64,000 nucleotides of DNA from Acidobacteriota bacterium (GCA_965248695.1 CBDFKD010000002.1:1344001-1408000); one strand, 5' to 3'. Counted from the stretch's first letter, positions 1 through 9,990 are shown. The notes: a model not told the origin generated them from the sequence alone. Program-made: numbers and translations.

Positions 1-384
1 CTGAAGCGCCTTGCCCCGGAGCAAGGGGCGGCTGCGATGCAGGCGATCAACAGGGAAGCACCGACGCCGCCTTTCATGTTGCTGCTATTCGGCACGGGCG
101 CCGCTTGCCTCGTTCTAATGACCTATGCGGCGACACATCTTCAAGACCCTGGCTCCAGGTACCACTTGGTCGCCGGAGCTCTGTACATCCTCGGTGTGGT
201 GCTGCTCACGGGCGGCTACCACGTACCCCGCAACAACATTCTGGACGGCCTAGATCCGAACACCACGGAAGGGGTCGCCTACTGGGCGACGTACCTCGAG
301 GAGTGGGTGAGGATGAACCACGTCCGCACGGTCGCTCCGTTTGTAGCGGCCGTCCTGCTCGCATTGTCGCTACGCATGGAATAA
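1..384 (+). CDS. DUF1772/anthrone oxygenase-like membrane protein, 5'-partial
   Basis: Frame is open from base 1 (LKRLAPEQGAAAMQAIN...). Hydrophobic helices and the VPRNN..L / W..MNHVRT motifs are typical of DUF1772. Confidence 0.8.
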   Translation: MKRLAPEQGAAAMQAINREAPTPPFMLLLFGTGAACLVLMTYAATHLQDPGSRYHLVAGALYILGVVLLTGGYHVPRNNILDGLDPNTTEGVAYWATYLEEWVRMNHVRTVAPFVAAVLLALSLRME

Positions 385-391
385 CCAGCAA

Positions 392-419
392 GGTGGAGGC
401 GGCGGGAATTGAACCCGCG
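392..419 (-). other. tmRNA (ssrA) 3'-end fragment, att-like remnant
   Basis: Minus strand reads CGCGGGTTCAATTCCCGCCGCCTCCACC, i.e. a T-arm plus the 3' acceptor strand typical of tmRNA. No 5' half is adjacent: the yjbQ stop codon is 4 nt upstream. Confidence 0.65.
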
Positions 420-423
420 CCTC

Positions 424-828
424 TTAGGCCAAATGGATCAGGATCTCGCGCTCGCGTGGCGGGCGGCGATGTTCCCAGACGAAGATGCCCTGCCAGGTGC
501 CGAGGCCGAGTCGTCCGTCGATCACCGGAATCGACAACGACGTGGCGGTCAGGGCGGCCTTGATGTGCGCCGGCATATCGTCGGGGCCCTCGGAGGTATG
601 GGTGTAGAGCGGATCGTCTTCAGGGACGAGCTGGTCGAGCCAGGCTTCGAGATCGCGCCGGGCGGAGGGATCGGCGTTTTCCTGGATCGTCAGGCTGGCC
701 GAGGTGTGGCGCATGAAGAGGGTACAGATTCCCTCGTCGATCCCCGCGGCGCCGACCACCTCGGCCACGGCGGCGGTGATCTCGTGTAGCCCGGTTCTCG
801 GGGCTCGCGTTGCCAGACGATGGACCAT
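424..828 (-). CDS. yjbQ: YjbQ/UPF0047 family protein (secondary thiamine-phosphate synthase)
   Basis: Motifs HTSASLTIQENADP, EGPDDMPAHIKA and LGTWQGIF.EHR. Confidence 0.92.
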   Translation of the reverse strand: MVHRLATRAPRTGLHEITAAVAEVVGAAGIDEGICTLFMRHTSASLTIQENADPSARRDLEAWLDQLVPEDDPLYTHTSEGPDDMPAHIKAALTATSLSIPVIDGRLGLGTWQGIFVWEHRRPPREREILIHLA

Positions 829-956
829 GGTCGGATTCTATCCGCGGCGAACGGACGCCGTGGCCCGCGATTACCGACCGCGCTTGGCCGTCGTTGGCCG
901 CTCCTGTCCGCTTCTGTCCGAGTATGATGTGCGCGTCCCCAGCCTAGGAGGCGTGC

Positions 957-1256
957 ATGAGAAGGCTCAGTATCATCCTGGCAGCGCTGTTCATGGTGGC
1001 AGGATTCGCGACCGAAATCGGCGCCTACGGCGAGCGCCGCATGCGGCCACGCCAGCCGATCCCGTATGCCATTCAAGCCCGCGGTGGCTTGCCGCCGGTG
1101 GCCTACTACGGGCGACCGCTCTACCGCGGCTACTACGGTGGCTACGGCCGTTCGTACGGGTACGCTCCGCGCTACGGGTTCCGTTCTTACGGGTATCGGT
1201 CGTACGGCTACCGGAGCTACGGCTACCGCTCGTACGGTTATCGCCGCTGGCGATAG
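957..1256 (+). CDS. Small exported Tyr/Gly/Arg-rich protein with (S)YGYR repeats
   Basis: Strong RBS AGGAGG, N-terminal signal-like helix and tandem SYGYR pentapeptides encoded by varied codons. Confidence 0.7.
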   Translation: MRRLSIILAALFMVAGFATEIGAYGERRMRPRQPIPYAIQARGGLPPVAYYGRPLYRGYYGGYGRSYGYAPRYGFRSYGYRSYGYRSYGYRSYGYRRWR

Positions 1257-1347
1257 TCGCCAAGAAAGCCGCGGCCGGGGGAAACCGGAACCAGATCAGG
1301 GGCAAAGGAGTCTTCGGACCCTGCTTCTTCTCTGCCCGCCGGTATCC

Positions 1348-1920
1348 ATGTCCCGACCGCAGCTCGTCTCCTCGATAGCCGTCGCCACAACCGTCGCCCT
1401 GGTGGCGTGGACCCTGGCGATCACCGGCTACGGGGGAGATCCAGCCGTCGCTGCGGCGGGCGTGGCAATGCTCAGCGAGCCTGCGCCCGCCGCCGCGTTC
1501 ACGCTCGAGCGACTCGACGGGACCCCGATGCGCTCGTCGGGCCTGCGCGGCAAGGTGGTGGTGCTCGACGTCTGGGCGTCCTGGTGCGGGCCCTGCTTGA
1601 CCGAGATACCGCGCTACAACGAGCTCTACGACGAGTATCAGGACAGCGACGTCGAAGTGATCGGCATCGCGGTGCAATCGGGCGGCGCTTCGACCCTGCA
1701 GGAATTCGTCAGCCGCGATCGCTTCCGCATCGACTACACGGTGGTCATGGGCACGGCGGAGTTCGAGGAGCGATTCGGCCCGCTCTGGGGCCTGCCCACG
1801 ACCCTGCTGATCGATGCGGACTGGCAGATACGCAAGCGCTGGATCGGCGCCGTGCCGACCAAGCACGACGAGCTTCGGGTGCTGATCGACCAGTTGCTGG
1901 CGGGCGCGGTCGCCGACTAG
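1348..1920 (+). CDS. TlpA/ResA-type thiol-disulfide oxidoreductase
   Basis: N-terminal membrane anchor, WASWCGPC active site, GLPTT cis-Pro loop. Start moved to ATG 1348. Confidence 0.9.
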   Translation: MSRPQLVSSIAVATTVALVAWTLAITGYGGDPAVAAAGVAMLSEPAPAAAFTLERLDGTPMRSSGLRGKVVVLDVWASWCGPCLTEIPRYNELYDEYQDSDVEVIGIAVQSGGASTLQEFVSRDRFRIDYTVVMGTAEFEERFGPLWGLPTTLLIDADWQIRKRWIGAVPTKHDELRVLIDQLLAGAVAD

Positions 1921-2057
1921 CTGCTGCGGACGGGCAGAGCCGCGACGAACCGATCCGCCACCAACATCGCCTCAGTAGATCGATGGCGCGGCGTCGTCGG
2001 TCGGTCGGGCGGTGGGCGGAAACCCTTGCTCGCGGTTCGTCTCAGCCGCCTGCGGAC

Positions 2058-3317
2058 TGACCTGACCCCGCGGTTAGTACCATGTCTTATCTCAGTAACT
2101 CGGTGCTGACAAGAGGTTGTTGAGGCCGGCGAAGCGGAGCGCAGCCGGCTTCAACAACGTCGCTTCGGGTGCGGGCGGCCGATAGCTCAGCGAGCTGTGC
2201 GGTCGCATGCGGTTGTAGTGCTGACGCCATCTCTCGATCAGAACCTTTGCCTCCTTGAGCGTGTAGAAGATCTCTCCATCCAGCAGCTCGTCGCGTAGCT
2301 TGCCGTTGAAGCTCTCCACGTAACCGTTCTCCCACGGCGAGCCCGGCTCGATGAACAGCGTCCCCACGCCCAACCGGCCCAGCCAGTCGCGAACCGCCTC
2401 GGCGGTGAACTCTGGTCCGTTATCCGACCGGATGTGCTCAGGTATGCCCCGGTGTACGAACAACCTCCCGAGCTGCTCCAGCACGTCCTCAGAGTTGAGC
2501 TTCCGTGCTACATGGATCGCCAGGCTTTCTCGTGTGTACTCATCGACGATCGTCAGCAGCCTCATAGCCCGACCGTCGTGCGTCCGGTGGTGCAGGAAGT
2601 CATACGCCCAGACATGATCCCGGTGCTGTGGGCGCAGCCGGATGCAGGAGCCATCGCTCAGCCACAGCCGTGCTCGTTTGGGCTGTTTTCTCGGTACTTT
2701 CAGCCCTTCGCGCCGCCAGATACGCTGCACTCGTTTGTGGTTCACGGACCAGCCCTCCATGCGCAGCAACGCTGTCACCCTCCGATATCCGTAGCGCCCG
2801 TACTGTCGGGCTAAATCCACGATCCGCTCCGTCAAAATCTGCTCCTGTTGCGGCTCTCTTGGCACGTACCGGTGTGTCGTGCGTGGTTGTTTCAGTACCC
2901 GACACGCCCGCCTCTCCGAGACGCCCAGCCGCCCCCGTACATGTGCCACCGCCTCTCGCCGCCGAGCTGGGCTCAGAAGTTTCCCTCCGCCACTTCCTTC
3001 AGGATCGACAGGTCGAGTTCCTTTTCCGCCACCAGCCTCTTGAGCCGGGCATTCTCCTTCTCCAGTTGCTTGAGCTTTCTGGCCTGGTTGAGCTTCAGTC
3101 CGCCGTACTCTCGCCGCCACCGGTAGTAGGTGTGCTCGGTGATTGCTAGCTTGCGGCAGGCATCCTTGACCGTCGCCCCTCGAGCCAGCTCCACCTCAGC
3201 CTCCCGGAGCTTGCGTACGATCTGCTCGGCGCTGTGCCTCTTACTCGGCATTCTGACCTCCCGTTCTTGACCCAGATCGTGAGATTACATCCGGATCCGT
3301 TTTCGGGGGTCAGGTCA
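2058..3317 (-). mobile_element. IS3-family element A (IS407-like), copy 1
   Basis: Ends TGACCTGACCCC...GGGGTCAGGTCA enclose orfA/orfB. Appears identical to 55518-56777. No target duplication is visible. Confidence 0.95.
2092..3251 (-). CDS. IS3 transposase OrfAB (orfA 2973-3251; orfB ends 2092; -1 frameshift)
   Basis: OrfA has an HTH. OrfB is an rve integrase core (WAYDF, SDNGPEF, ENGYVESFN). Slippery G-GGA-AAC at 2979-2985. Confidence 0.93.
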
Positions 3318-3568
3318 CAACGGCAAGCTCCGAGACGAGCTGCTGAACGGCGAGATCTTCTACACGCTCAAGGAGGCGCAGTGCTTGGTGCACCGCTGGC
3401 GCCGCCAGTACAACCAGGTGCGGCCCCATAGCTCGTTGGGCTATCGACCGCCTGCACCCGAAGCGACGTTGTTGCAGCCGGCTACGCTCCGCTTCGCCAG
3501 CTCCAACAATCTCTTGCCAGTACCGATTCTATGAGTTACGAAGTGGCCCAAACACTTGGGGCAGGTCA
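3318..3568 (+). mobile_element. 3' fragment of IS3 element B, truncated by element A
   Basis: Reverse complement of the left ~250 bp of the element at 49739-51010; ends with the terminal repeat TTGGGGCAGGTCA. Confidence 0.9.
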
Positions 3569-3642
3569 CACCGAAAGAACGGGCGTCGTGTTCCACAACT
3601 GCGGGCGGGACCAGAAAGGCCGACTGCTATGATCGCGGCGCG

Positions 3643-4389
3643 ATGAGACCCCCAAACCCGGCGAACTTTCGATGGCGCGGCGAGCGTATGTCTCGCGTCG
3701 AGGCACTCAGCGACGCAGTCTTTGCGTTCGCCGTGACCCTCCTCATCGTGTCACTCGATCCGCCGACGTCGTTTCAGGATCTGACCGCCGCCCTTGCCCG
3801 CTTTCCCGGGTTCGCGATCAGCTTCCTGTTCCTCTTGCTGATCTGGTATCAGCACTACCTGTTCTTCCGCCGCTACGGTCTGCAAGACACGAAGACCATT
3901 TGGCTCAACGGCATGCTGCTGTTCGTGGTGCTGTTCTTCGTGTACCCACTGCGCTTCCTGATGGCGCTGCTGGCGCAGATCTTCGGCGGTGGGGGTGACT
4001 GGAGCGTCCTGCGCTACACCGAATGGCAATGGCTCATGGTGATCTACGGCGCCGGGTTCATGGCGGTGTACGGATTGCTCGCGGCGATGGTGGCGCACGC
4101 CAAGTCACGGAGCGAAGACTTGCAGCTGACCGCCCTGGAGATGCACGAGACGCGGGGGCTCATCGGCACGCACCTGATCCAGGTGGGCGCCGGAGCCCTG
4201 TCGGTGGCCCTGGCGCTGGCTTTGCCGCGTCCGTACGGAATCCCCATCGCTGGTTGGGTGTATGGAATGCTGTTCCCGGCCCACTTTCTGCACCAGCGTC
4301 GCAGCAATCGCACCGCCCCGGACCCGGCCGCTGCTACGGATCAGTCGCCGGACGGCGTCCAGATCGGCTCTGCCACGCCGCGCTCGTGA
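3643..4389 (+). CDS. TMEM175-family potassium channel (DUF1211)
   Basis: RVEALSDAVFAFAVTLL first-helix signature and about six TM helices. Confidence 0.85.
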   Translation: MRPPNPANFRWRGERMSRVEALSDAVFAFAVTLLIVSLDPPTSFQDLTAALARFPGFAISFLFLLLIWYQHYLFFRRYGLQDTKTIWLNGMLLFVVLFFVYPLRFLMALLAQIFGGGGDWSVLRYTEWQWLMVIYGAGFMAVYGLLAAMVAHAKSRSEDLQLTALEMHETRGLIGTHLIQVGAGALSVALALALPRPYGIPIAGWVYGMLFPAHFLHQRRSNRTAPDPAAATDQSPDGVQIGSATPRS

Positions 4390-4904
4390 TTCTCGTAGCG
4401 AGCCATCGCGAACAGCAGGTCGGATAGTCGGTTCAGATACGGAACCACGACGTCGCCGACCTCTTCCTCGGCGCCCAGCGTGATTGCGGCGCGCTCGGCC
4501 CGCCGGCACACCGTACGGGCCACATGAAGCGCCGCTGCGCCCGCGGCTCCCCCCGGCAAGACGAAGTTCTCGAGATCGCCGGTCACCTCGTTGAGCTCGT
4601 CGATCGACGCCTCCAGCCGCGCCACCTGCGTCGCCTGGATGCGCGGCACCGCGAAGTCGATCTGGGCACCGAGGGGTGTGGCCAGATCGCCGCCCAGGTC
4701 CAGGAGCTCGTTCTGCAGCCGCTGCAACTCGACGCTCAGTCGTGGCACGACGCCGATCGCGAGAGCGCTTCCGATGTGGGAGTTGAGCTCGTCGACCTCG
4801 CCGTATGCCACCACCCGCGGTGAGTCCTTACGTACGTCGGTGCCATCGGCGAGCCGTGTGGTGCCGCCGTCGCCATTACGCGTGTATAGCCGCGTCAGTC
4901 GCAT
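4341..4904 (-). CDS. pduO: Cob(I)alamin adenosyltransferase, PduO type
   Basis: LYTRNGDGGTT, AYGEVDELNS, ARTVCRRAER and YLNRLSDLLF motifs. Own ATG at 4904 with TATCCT 6 nt upstream. Confidence 0.92.
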   Translation of the reverse strand: MRLTRLYTRNGDGGTTRLADGTDVRKDSPRVVAYGEVDELNSHIGSALAIGVVPRLSVELQRLQNELLDLGGDLATPLGAQIDFAVPRIQATQVARLEASIDELNEVTGDLENFVLPGGAAGAAALHVARTVCRRAERAAITLGAEEEVGDVVVPYLNRLSDLLFAMARYENHERGVAEPIWTPSGD

Positions 4905-4991
4905 GCACCGAGGATACACTCCACCGGGGAATCGCTCGGCGACCCGCGGCCGGCGAGGAGACCCGGCGGTGGCCCGGCGACCCGCGCGTCG

Positions 4992-6488
4992 ATAGCGGCC
5001 GCCAGCGCGCTCGACCAACCAATCGGTCAGCAGGTCGAGCACTTCGGGCGCGAAGGTCTCCTCGATCTGCGCGTACTCCGCTACCTGCCCGGTGCGGGCG
5101 TTCTGAAAGAGATGGTTCAGCCCGTCGAGCTGACGCGCGGTGACGTCGGCGTTGCCGCCCTCGGCCAGCGCCGCTTCGATGGCGCTCAGGTTCTGGTCGG
5201 CGTTTACCTGCAGATCGAGCGTGCCGTTGAGCGCCAGCACCGGGCACCCGACGCGTGTCAGATAGTCGCGCGGCTGTGCCACCAGGAAGTAGCGAAACCA
5301 CGCGCTGCCGACCTGTTGCAGAGCGGCAACGCGAGCGTTGTCCCGCACCTCGGCGCGCTGCGCCTCGGGGACACCACCCAGCTGCAGGTCGAGTAGCTCG
5401 TCGACCACCGCTTCGACGACGGATGCCTCCGCACCGCTGCTGAGCGCTGCGTAGAGACGTCCGAGCACATCGAGCTGGTTGCGAATCTGGGCGTCGGTGG
5501 CGCCGGCGGCCCGCAGCAGCATCTCGTTCTGCAGCGGCATGAGCTCGGCACCGCTCACACCGGGGCCAGCGAGCAGCACGACGAAGGCGACGTCGGCGGC
5601 GTCGGCGGCCACCATCGGTGCGATCAGGCCACCCTCGCTATGCCCGATCAACCCGATGCGCCCGGCGTCAATATCCCGTTGGGTCCCGAGAAACTCGACG
5701 CCGGCGCGCACATCGCTGGCGAAATCGGCGCTGGTGAGATCGGCGCGAACGCCGTCGGAGCCGCCGACACCGCGATCGTCGACCCGCAGCACGGCGATAC
5801 CGTGGCGACCCAGATGATCGGCGATCACCCAGAACGACTTGTGGTGGAAGATCGTGCTGTCACGATCCTGACTGCCGGAGCCGGTGATCAGCAACACCGC
5901 CGGATGCGGGCCGGGGCCCGCGGGGACCGTCAGCGTGCCGGCGAGCGTGTTGCCCTCGTCAGGGGTCGAGTAGCTGACGTCGCGCGCCTGGTAGGGAAAC
6001 GGTGGCTGCGGCGTCTGCGGCCGGTTCGGCGCCGCGGCGGCGGCGGCCTCCGCTGCATCGCCGCCGGTGCGTCGCATGCTCAGCGGCAGTTCCAGTCCTT
6101 GTGACAGCGCTCCTGTCGCCTCGTCGCCGTCCCGGTCGGCACCGAACCGAGCCGGCACCGCCGCAGCCAGAACGAACTCGATGCGCGCTTCCGTGTACAC
6201 CACCTCCGATACCGGGAGGTCCGTCTGCCCCTGTGCCGGGATGCTAATGGTGGCGGTCACCGGATCCTCGAGGGTAAAGGTGACGAAGAACTCCAGCTCC
6301 TGGCCACCGGCGGAGGTGAGATCGACGACACCGCGCCAGCCCTCCTGCTCCTGAACTGCTATTGCCGGCGTGACCGCCAGCGCGCCGACGAGGAGCAATG
6401 TCGCCGCCTGCAGGCGGAGCCAGCCCCGCGCCGCCTTCACCGCTTCGCGCGGCAGATCGTTCGGCATGATGAACCTCCGAATCAGCAT
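4992..6488 (-). CDS. Exported alpha/beta hydrolase (reads through in frame into pduO)
   Basis: Signal peptide, ITGSGSQDRD, GHSEGG nucleophile, LNHLFQ His. The natural end near 4992-5000 lacks a stop codon, so the 3' end is approximate. Confidence 0.8.
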
Positions 6489-6570
6489 CTTCCGAGTGAT
6501 GTTCCCGAGTCGATGTTGCTCTTGCTATTGATGTGCCGCCGTTGGCTGACGTATTCGCCGCCACGCCCCG

Positions 6571-7623
6571 CTAGGTCACCAGCTGCGCCTGTTCCGGACG
6601 TGCCATGGAGATCACGATGGGGTCCTCCCGCTGGCGCTCGAGAAAGGCCTCGCGGCCGCTGATGCCCTGCCAGCGTTCCTGCACCAGGACCTGCCCAATG
6701 GCGCCGCCGAGCGACTCCCCGGGGCCCAGCGCGATGATGCGATCGGGCGCGTACTCGCGTAGAGCGGTACGCACGCTGGCGCTGAAATCGAACGTCTCGA
6801 GCACCTGGTGACCGAACGTGTATTCGCGCAGCGCCTCGACGTCGGCTGTCAGCGGGCGCCACTGGGCCCCGCGCCCATCGATGAGAGGGCACCGGGGACA
6901 CGACCACGGCAAGTCCGGCAGCTCCGTCCGGGCGCGGGCCGACGCCTCGGTCATGAGATCGGAGTGAAACGCCGAGTTGCCGAGCAGCCGCAATGGGTAC
7001 TCCTGTTCGCCGAGCGTGGCCCGCGGCAGCTCTCCCAGCATCGCGGCGACACCCTCCTCGTCGCCCCATAGCACCGCGAAACCGCCGAAACGGATCGAGT
7101 GACCGACTCGGTGACCGCGGTCGGCCGCCGCCGCGAGCGCTTCCCCGACTATCTCGACGCGCTGCGGGTCACGACGCCACGACAGATCGACCACCGGGTA
7201 CACCACCTGGCCGCCGATGGTCCCGTCGCGCGTCATGGCTCCCATCGTTTGCACCGCCTCGAACACCGATTCGATGCTCCACGTGCCGGCGCAGTAGAGC
7301 GCCGAATACCAGCCCATCGAGTTGCCTCCCACCCCCACGATCCGGACCTTGTCGAGATCGAGACGCTGAAACTCGAGCGCGGTCACCGCCAGGATGAGGG
7401 GCGCGGCGTTCTCACCGCGCAGAAAGCGGGAGCCGAAGCGGTCTGCCGCGTCCATCTCGAGGATCGCGTCATCTCCCGCCTCAACCCGACGCTCGTCCAC
7501 CGACTCGACCACGGCTCGCAGCTCGTCGAAACGGGGCTCGTGGTGGAGCATGTGGAGCGATCCCAGCTGCGCGGCAGTGTAACTACCGCGTCCGGGACAG
7601 AACACGATCGCGCGTTCGCTCAT
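6571..7623 (-). CDS. FabD-like acyltransferase (ACP S-malonyltransferase-like)
   Basis: CPGRGSY N-terminus, GNSMG nucleophile, AFHS motif. ATGA overlap with the upstream E1 gene. Confidence 0.8.
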   Translation of the reverse strand: MSERAIVFCPGRGSYTAAQLGSLHMLHHEPRFDELRAVVESVDERRVEAGDDAILEMDAADRFGSRFLRGENAAPLILAVTALEFQRLDLDKVRIVGVGGNSMGWYSALYCAGTWSIESVFEAVQTMGAMTRDGTIGGQVVYPVVDLSWRRDPQRVEIVGEALAAAADRGHRVGHSIRFGGFAVLWGDEEGVAAMLGELPRATLGEQEYPLRLLGNSAFHSDLMTEASARARTELPDLPWSCPRCPLIDGRGAQWRPLTADVEALREYTFGHQVLETFDFSASVRTALREYAPDRIIALGPGESLGGAIGQVLVQERWQGISGREAFLERQREDPIVISMARPEQAQLVT

Positions 7624-9872
7624 GCCGGATCCGGTGGTCCATGCACCAGCTCCACCGCCCGCGCCACGATCTCCTCCTCCGAGGGCAGGACATGATTCCA
7701 GGCCGGCCCCAGCGGGATGAACGTATCGGCGCCGGTCACGCGGGCGAGCGATGGCTGCCGATCGTCGGGCGCGCCCTCGACGATCGCCGTGATGACCGAC
7801 TCGGCAACTCCACCGGTTCGTCTGCCTTCATCGACGATCAGCGCCCTGCCGGTGTGCACGACCTCACGCAGGAGCGTCTCGGTGTCGAGCGGCAGCAACC
7901 ATCGCAGATCGATGGTGCGGGCGCGAATGCCATGCTCCTGCTCGAGCATGCGCGCCGCGCGTAGCGTTCGCCAGAGGCCGTTTGCCCAGCTGACCAGCGT
8001 CAGATCATCGCCGTCGCTATACACCCGTGCGGTGCCGAGAGGCACCGCGACGCCCGGCTCAGGATAGCGGTCGCGCCACAGGCCGTCGCCATCGGCGTGC
8101 AGGTCGCGGGTCATGTAGAGGGCGATCGGCTCCAGGAACATGCACACGCGGCCATCGACCTTGGCGAGCGCAACGCAGGTACGCAGCATGCCGACTGCAT
8201 CCTCTCCGCGTGACGGCGCGGCGAGAACCAGCCCGGGAATATCGCGCAGCGCGGCGATGCTGTTGTCGTTGTGGAAATGGCCGCCAAAGCCCTTCTGGTA
8301 GCCGAAGCTGGCGACACGCACCACCATCGGATTGCGGAACTGCCCATCAGAGAAGTACTGCAGCGACGCGGCTTCGCCACGGATCTGGTCGCAGGCGTTA
8401 TGGAAATAGGCCAGGTACTGGATCTCGGGTACTGGCAACAAGCCCAGGTGCCCCGCCCCGATCGCCATGCCGAGGATGCTTTGCTCGTCGAGCAACGTGT
8501 TGAAGACCCGCGCCCCGCCGAGCTTTTGCCACAGCCCTGCCGTGATGCCGTACACGCCGCCGCGCTTGGCTACGTCCTCGCCGAATACCAGCAGCTCTGG
8601 ATACTCGAGAGCAAGATCGTGAAGGCCCCAGTTGATCAGCTTGGCGAGATGCTCCGGCTCGCGACGCTCCGGCAGACGGTCCTCTGCACGCCAGTGCTCG
8701 ACACGGGCGAGCGCATCGCCGCGGCGCTCGGCGACGGCGGTCACCGACACCGGACTGTAGGGCGCCAGCGCTTCCATGATCGACGCCGCGCTCTCGTGAT
8801 GCGGGCGCCGCGCCGCCTGCACCGCTGCCGCGCTCACCCGCTCCCCGATCTCGTCATACAGACCTTCGAGCTCCCCGGCGCTCGCCACGCCGCTCGCCAG
8901 AGCCGCTTCGCAGGAACGCAGCAACGGATCGTTCGCCTCCGCCGCCTTGATGCGCTCGATGTCGTGGTAGGCGAGCTCAGGGTCGGTTCCCGCATGCCCC
9001 AGCAGGCGCACCAGCTTCAGGTGCAGGAACACCGGTGCCCGGCGCCGCCGACAGGCGTGCGCCGCCGCCACCGCCTGCTCGAACGTGTCGACCGGATCGA
9101 GCCCGTCGGCAGAAAAGTAGGCCATGTCGGGCCGGTTGCTCCAGGTGCTCTCGATCCACCGCTCCGGCGTGTGCACCGAGATGCCGACACCGTTGTCCTC
9201 GCACACCCAGAGCACCGGCACCGGAACGTGCTGATGCGCGGCCCACATCGCGGCGTTGATCGCCCCAAGCGCCGTCGAGTGGTTCAACGATGCGTCGCCG
9301 AGGCTACAAACGACGATCGCATCATCCGGCACCGGCAGGTCCAGGCCGAGGAAGCGCCCACGATCGATGGCGAACGCCGTACCGGTGGCCTTGGGCAGGT
9401 GTGAGGCGATCGTGCTTGTCTGCGGTGGTATCCACAGGGCGCGGCTTCCGAACACCTTGTGGCGCCCGGCGGCGATGGGCTCCTCGCGAGCAGCACACAG
9501 CGACAGCAAGACGTCGAAGATCGGCGTCTGCCCGGGCACCTGTTTGGCCCGTTGAGCGAAGAAGGCGCCGGACCGGTAGTGCAAGAACGCCGGATCGGTG
9601 GGTCGCAGCGCAGCGGCAACGGCGGCGTTGCCCTCGTGACCGGCGCTCGAGATCGTGTAATAGCCCTCGCCATGGTCCTTGAGGCGCCGTGCCTCGAGGT
9701 CGAGCTGACGTGCCGAGAATTGCGAATCGATGATATCGAGCAACTGGTGGCCGGTGAGCGAAGCGCCGGCACGCACCGGTGCCCGGCGATCGGCACGCTC
9801 GACCGGCTGCTGCTGGCCGGCCAGCAGCGCGCGCAGATTGCGATCGACAACCTCGGCGCGGTTCTGGCTCAT
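7620..9872 (-). CDS. Fused alpha/beta E1 TPP-dependent 2-oxoacid dehydrogenase
   Basis: AGHEG, HYRSG, GDAS...EDN TPP motif, then beta-subunit motifs GEDV..GGVY, FNTLLDEQ and EIQYLAY. Confidence 0.9.
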   Translation of the reverse strand: MSQNRAEVVDRNLRALLAGQQQPVERADRRAPVRAGASLTGHQLLDIIDSQFSARQLDLEARRLKDHGEGYYTISSAGHEGNAAVAAALRPTDPAFLHYRSGAFFAQRAKQVPGQTPIFDVLLSLCAAREEPIAAGRHKVFGSRALWIPPQTSTIASHLPKATGTAFAIDRGRFLGLDLPVPDDAIVVCSLGDASLNHSTALGAINAAMWAAHQHVPVPVLWVCEDNGVGISVHTPERWIESTWSNRPDMAYFSADGLDPVDTFEQAVAAAHACRRRRAPVFLHLKLVRLLGHAGTDPELAYHDIERIKAAEANDPLLRSCEAALASGVASAGELEGLYDEIGERVSAAAVQAARRPHHESAASIMEALAPYSPVSVTAVAERRGDALARVEHWRAEDRLPERREPEHLAKLINWGLHDLALEYPELLVFGEDVAKRGGVYGITAGLWQKLGGARVFNTLLDEQSILGMAIGAGHLGLLPVPEIQYLAYFHNACDQIRGEAASLQYFSDGQFRNPMVVRVASFGYQKGFGGHFHNDNSIAALRDIPGLVLAAPSRGEDAVGMLRTCVALAKVDGRVCMFLEPIALYMTRDLHADGDGLWRDRYPEPGVAVPLGTARVYSDGDDLTLVSWANGLWRTLRAARMLEQEHGIRARTIDLRWLLPLDTETLLREVVHTGRALIVDEGRRTGGVAESVITAIVEGAPDDRQPSLARVTGADTFIPLGPAWNHVLPSEEEIVARAVELVHGPPDPA

Positions 9873-9990
9873 GGGCTCAGGAGATCACGATGGCTACAGG
9901 CATGGGCAACGAAGGACGGCCCATCATCCTGTGGCCGGCAGTCATCCGCAATCAGAGCCACTCACGCAACGATCGGGCCGCCGGCCAGGC

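Noticed and set aside
1120-1250. CRISPR-like or VNTR array
   Set aside because: The 15-nt periodicity is a coding pentapeptide repeat with synonymous variation and no spacers. I saw no CRISPR array or cas gene in the window.
1261-1330. Structured RNA or terminator between the YGYR gene and the TlpA gene
   Set aside because: Only short imperfect stems and no clear U-tract; insufficient support.
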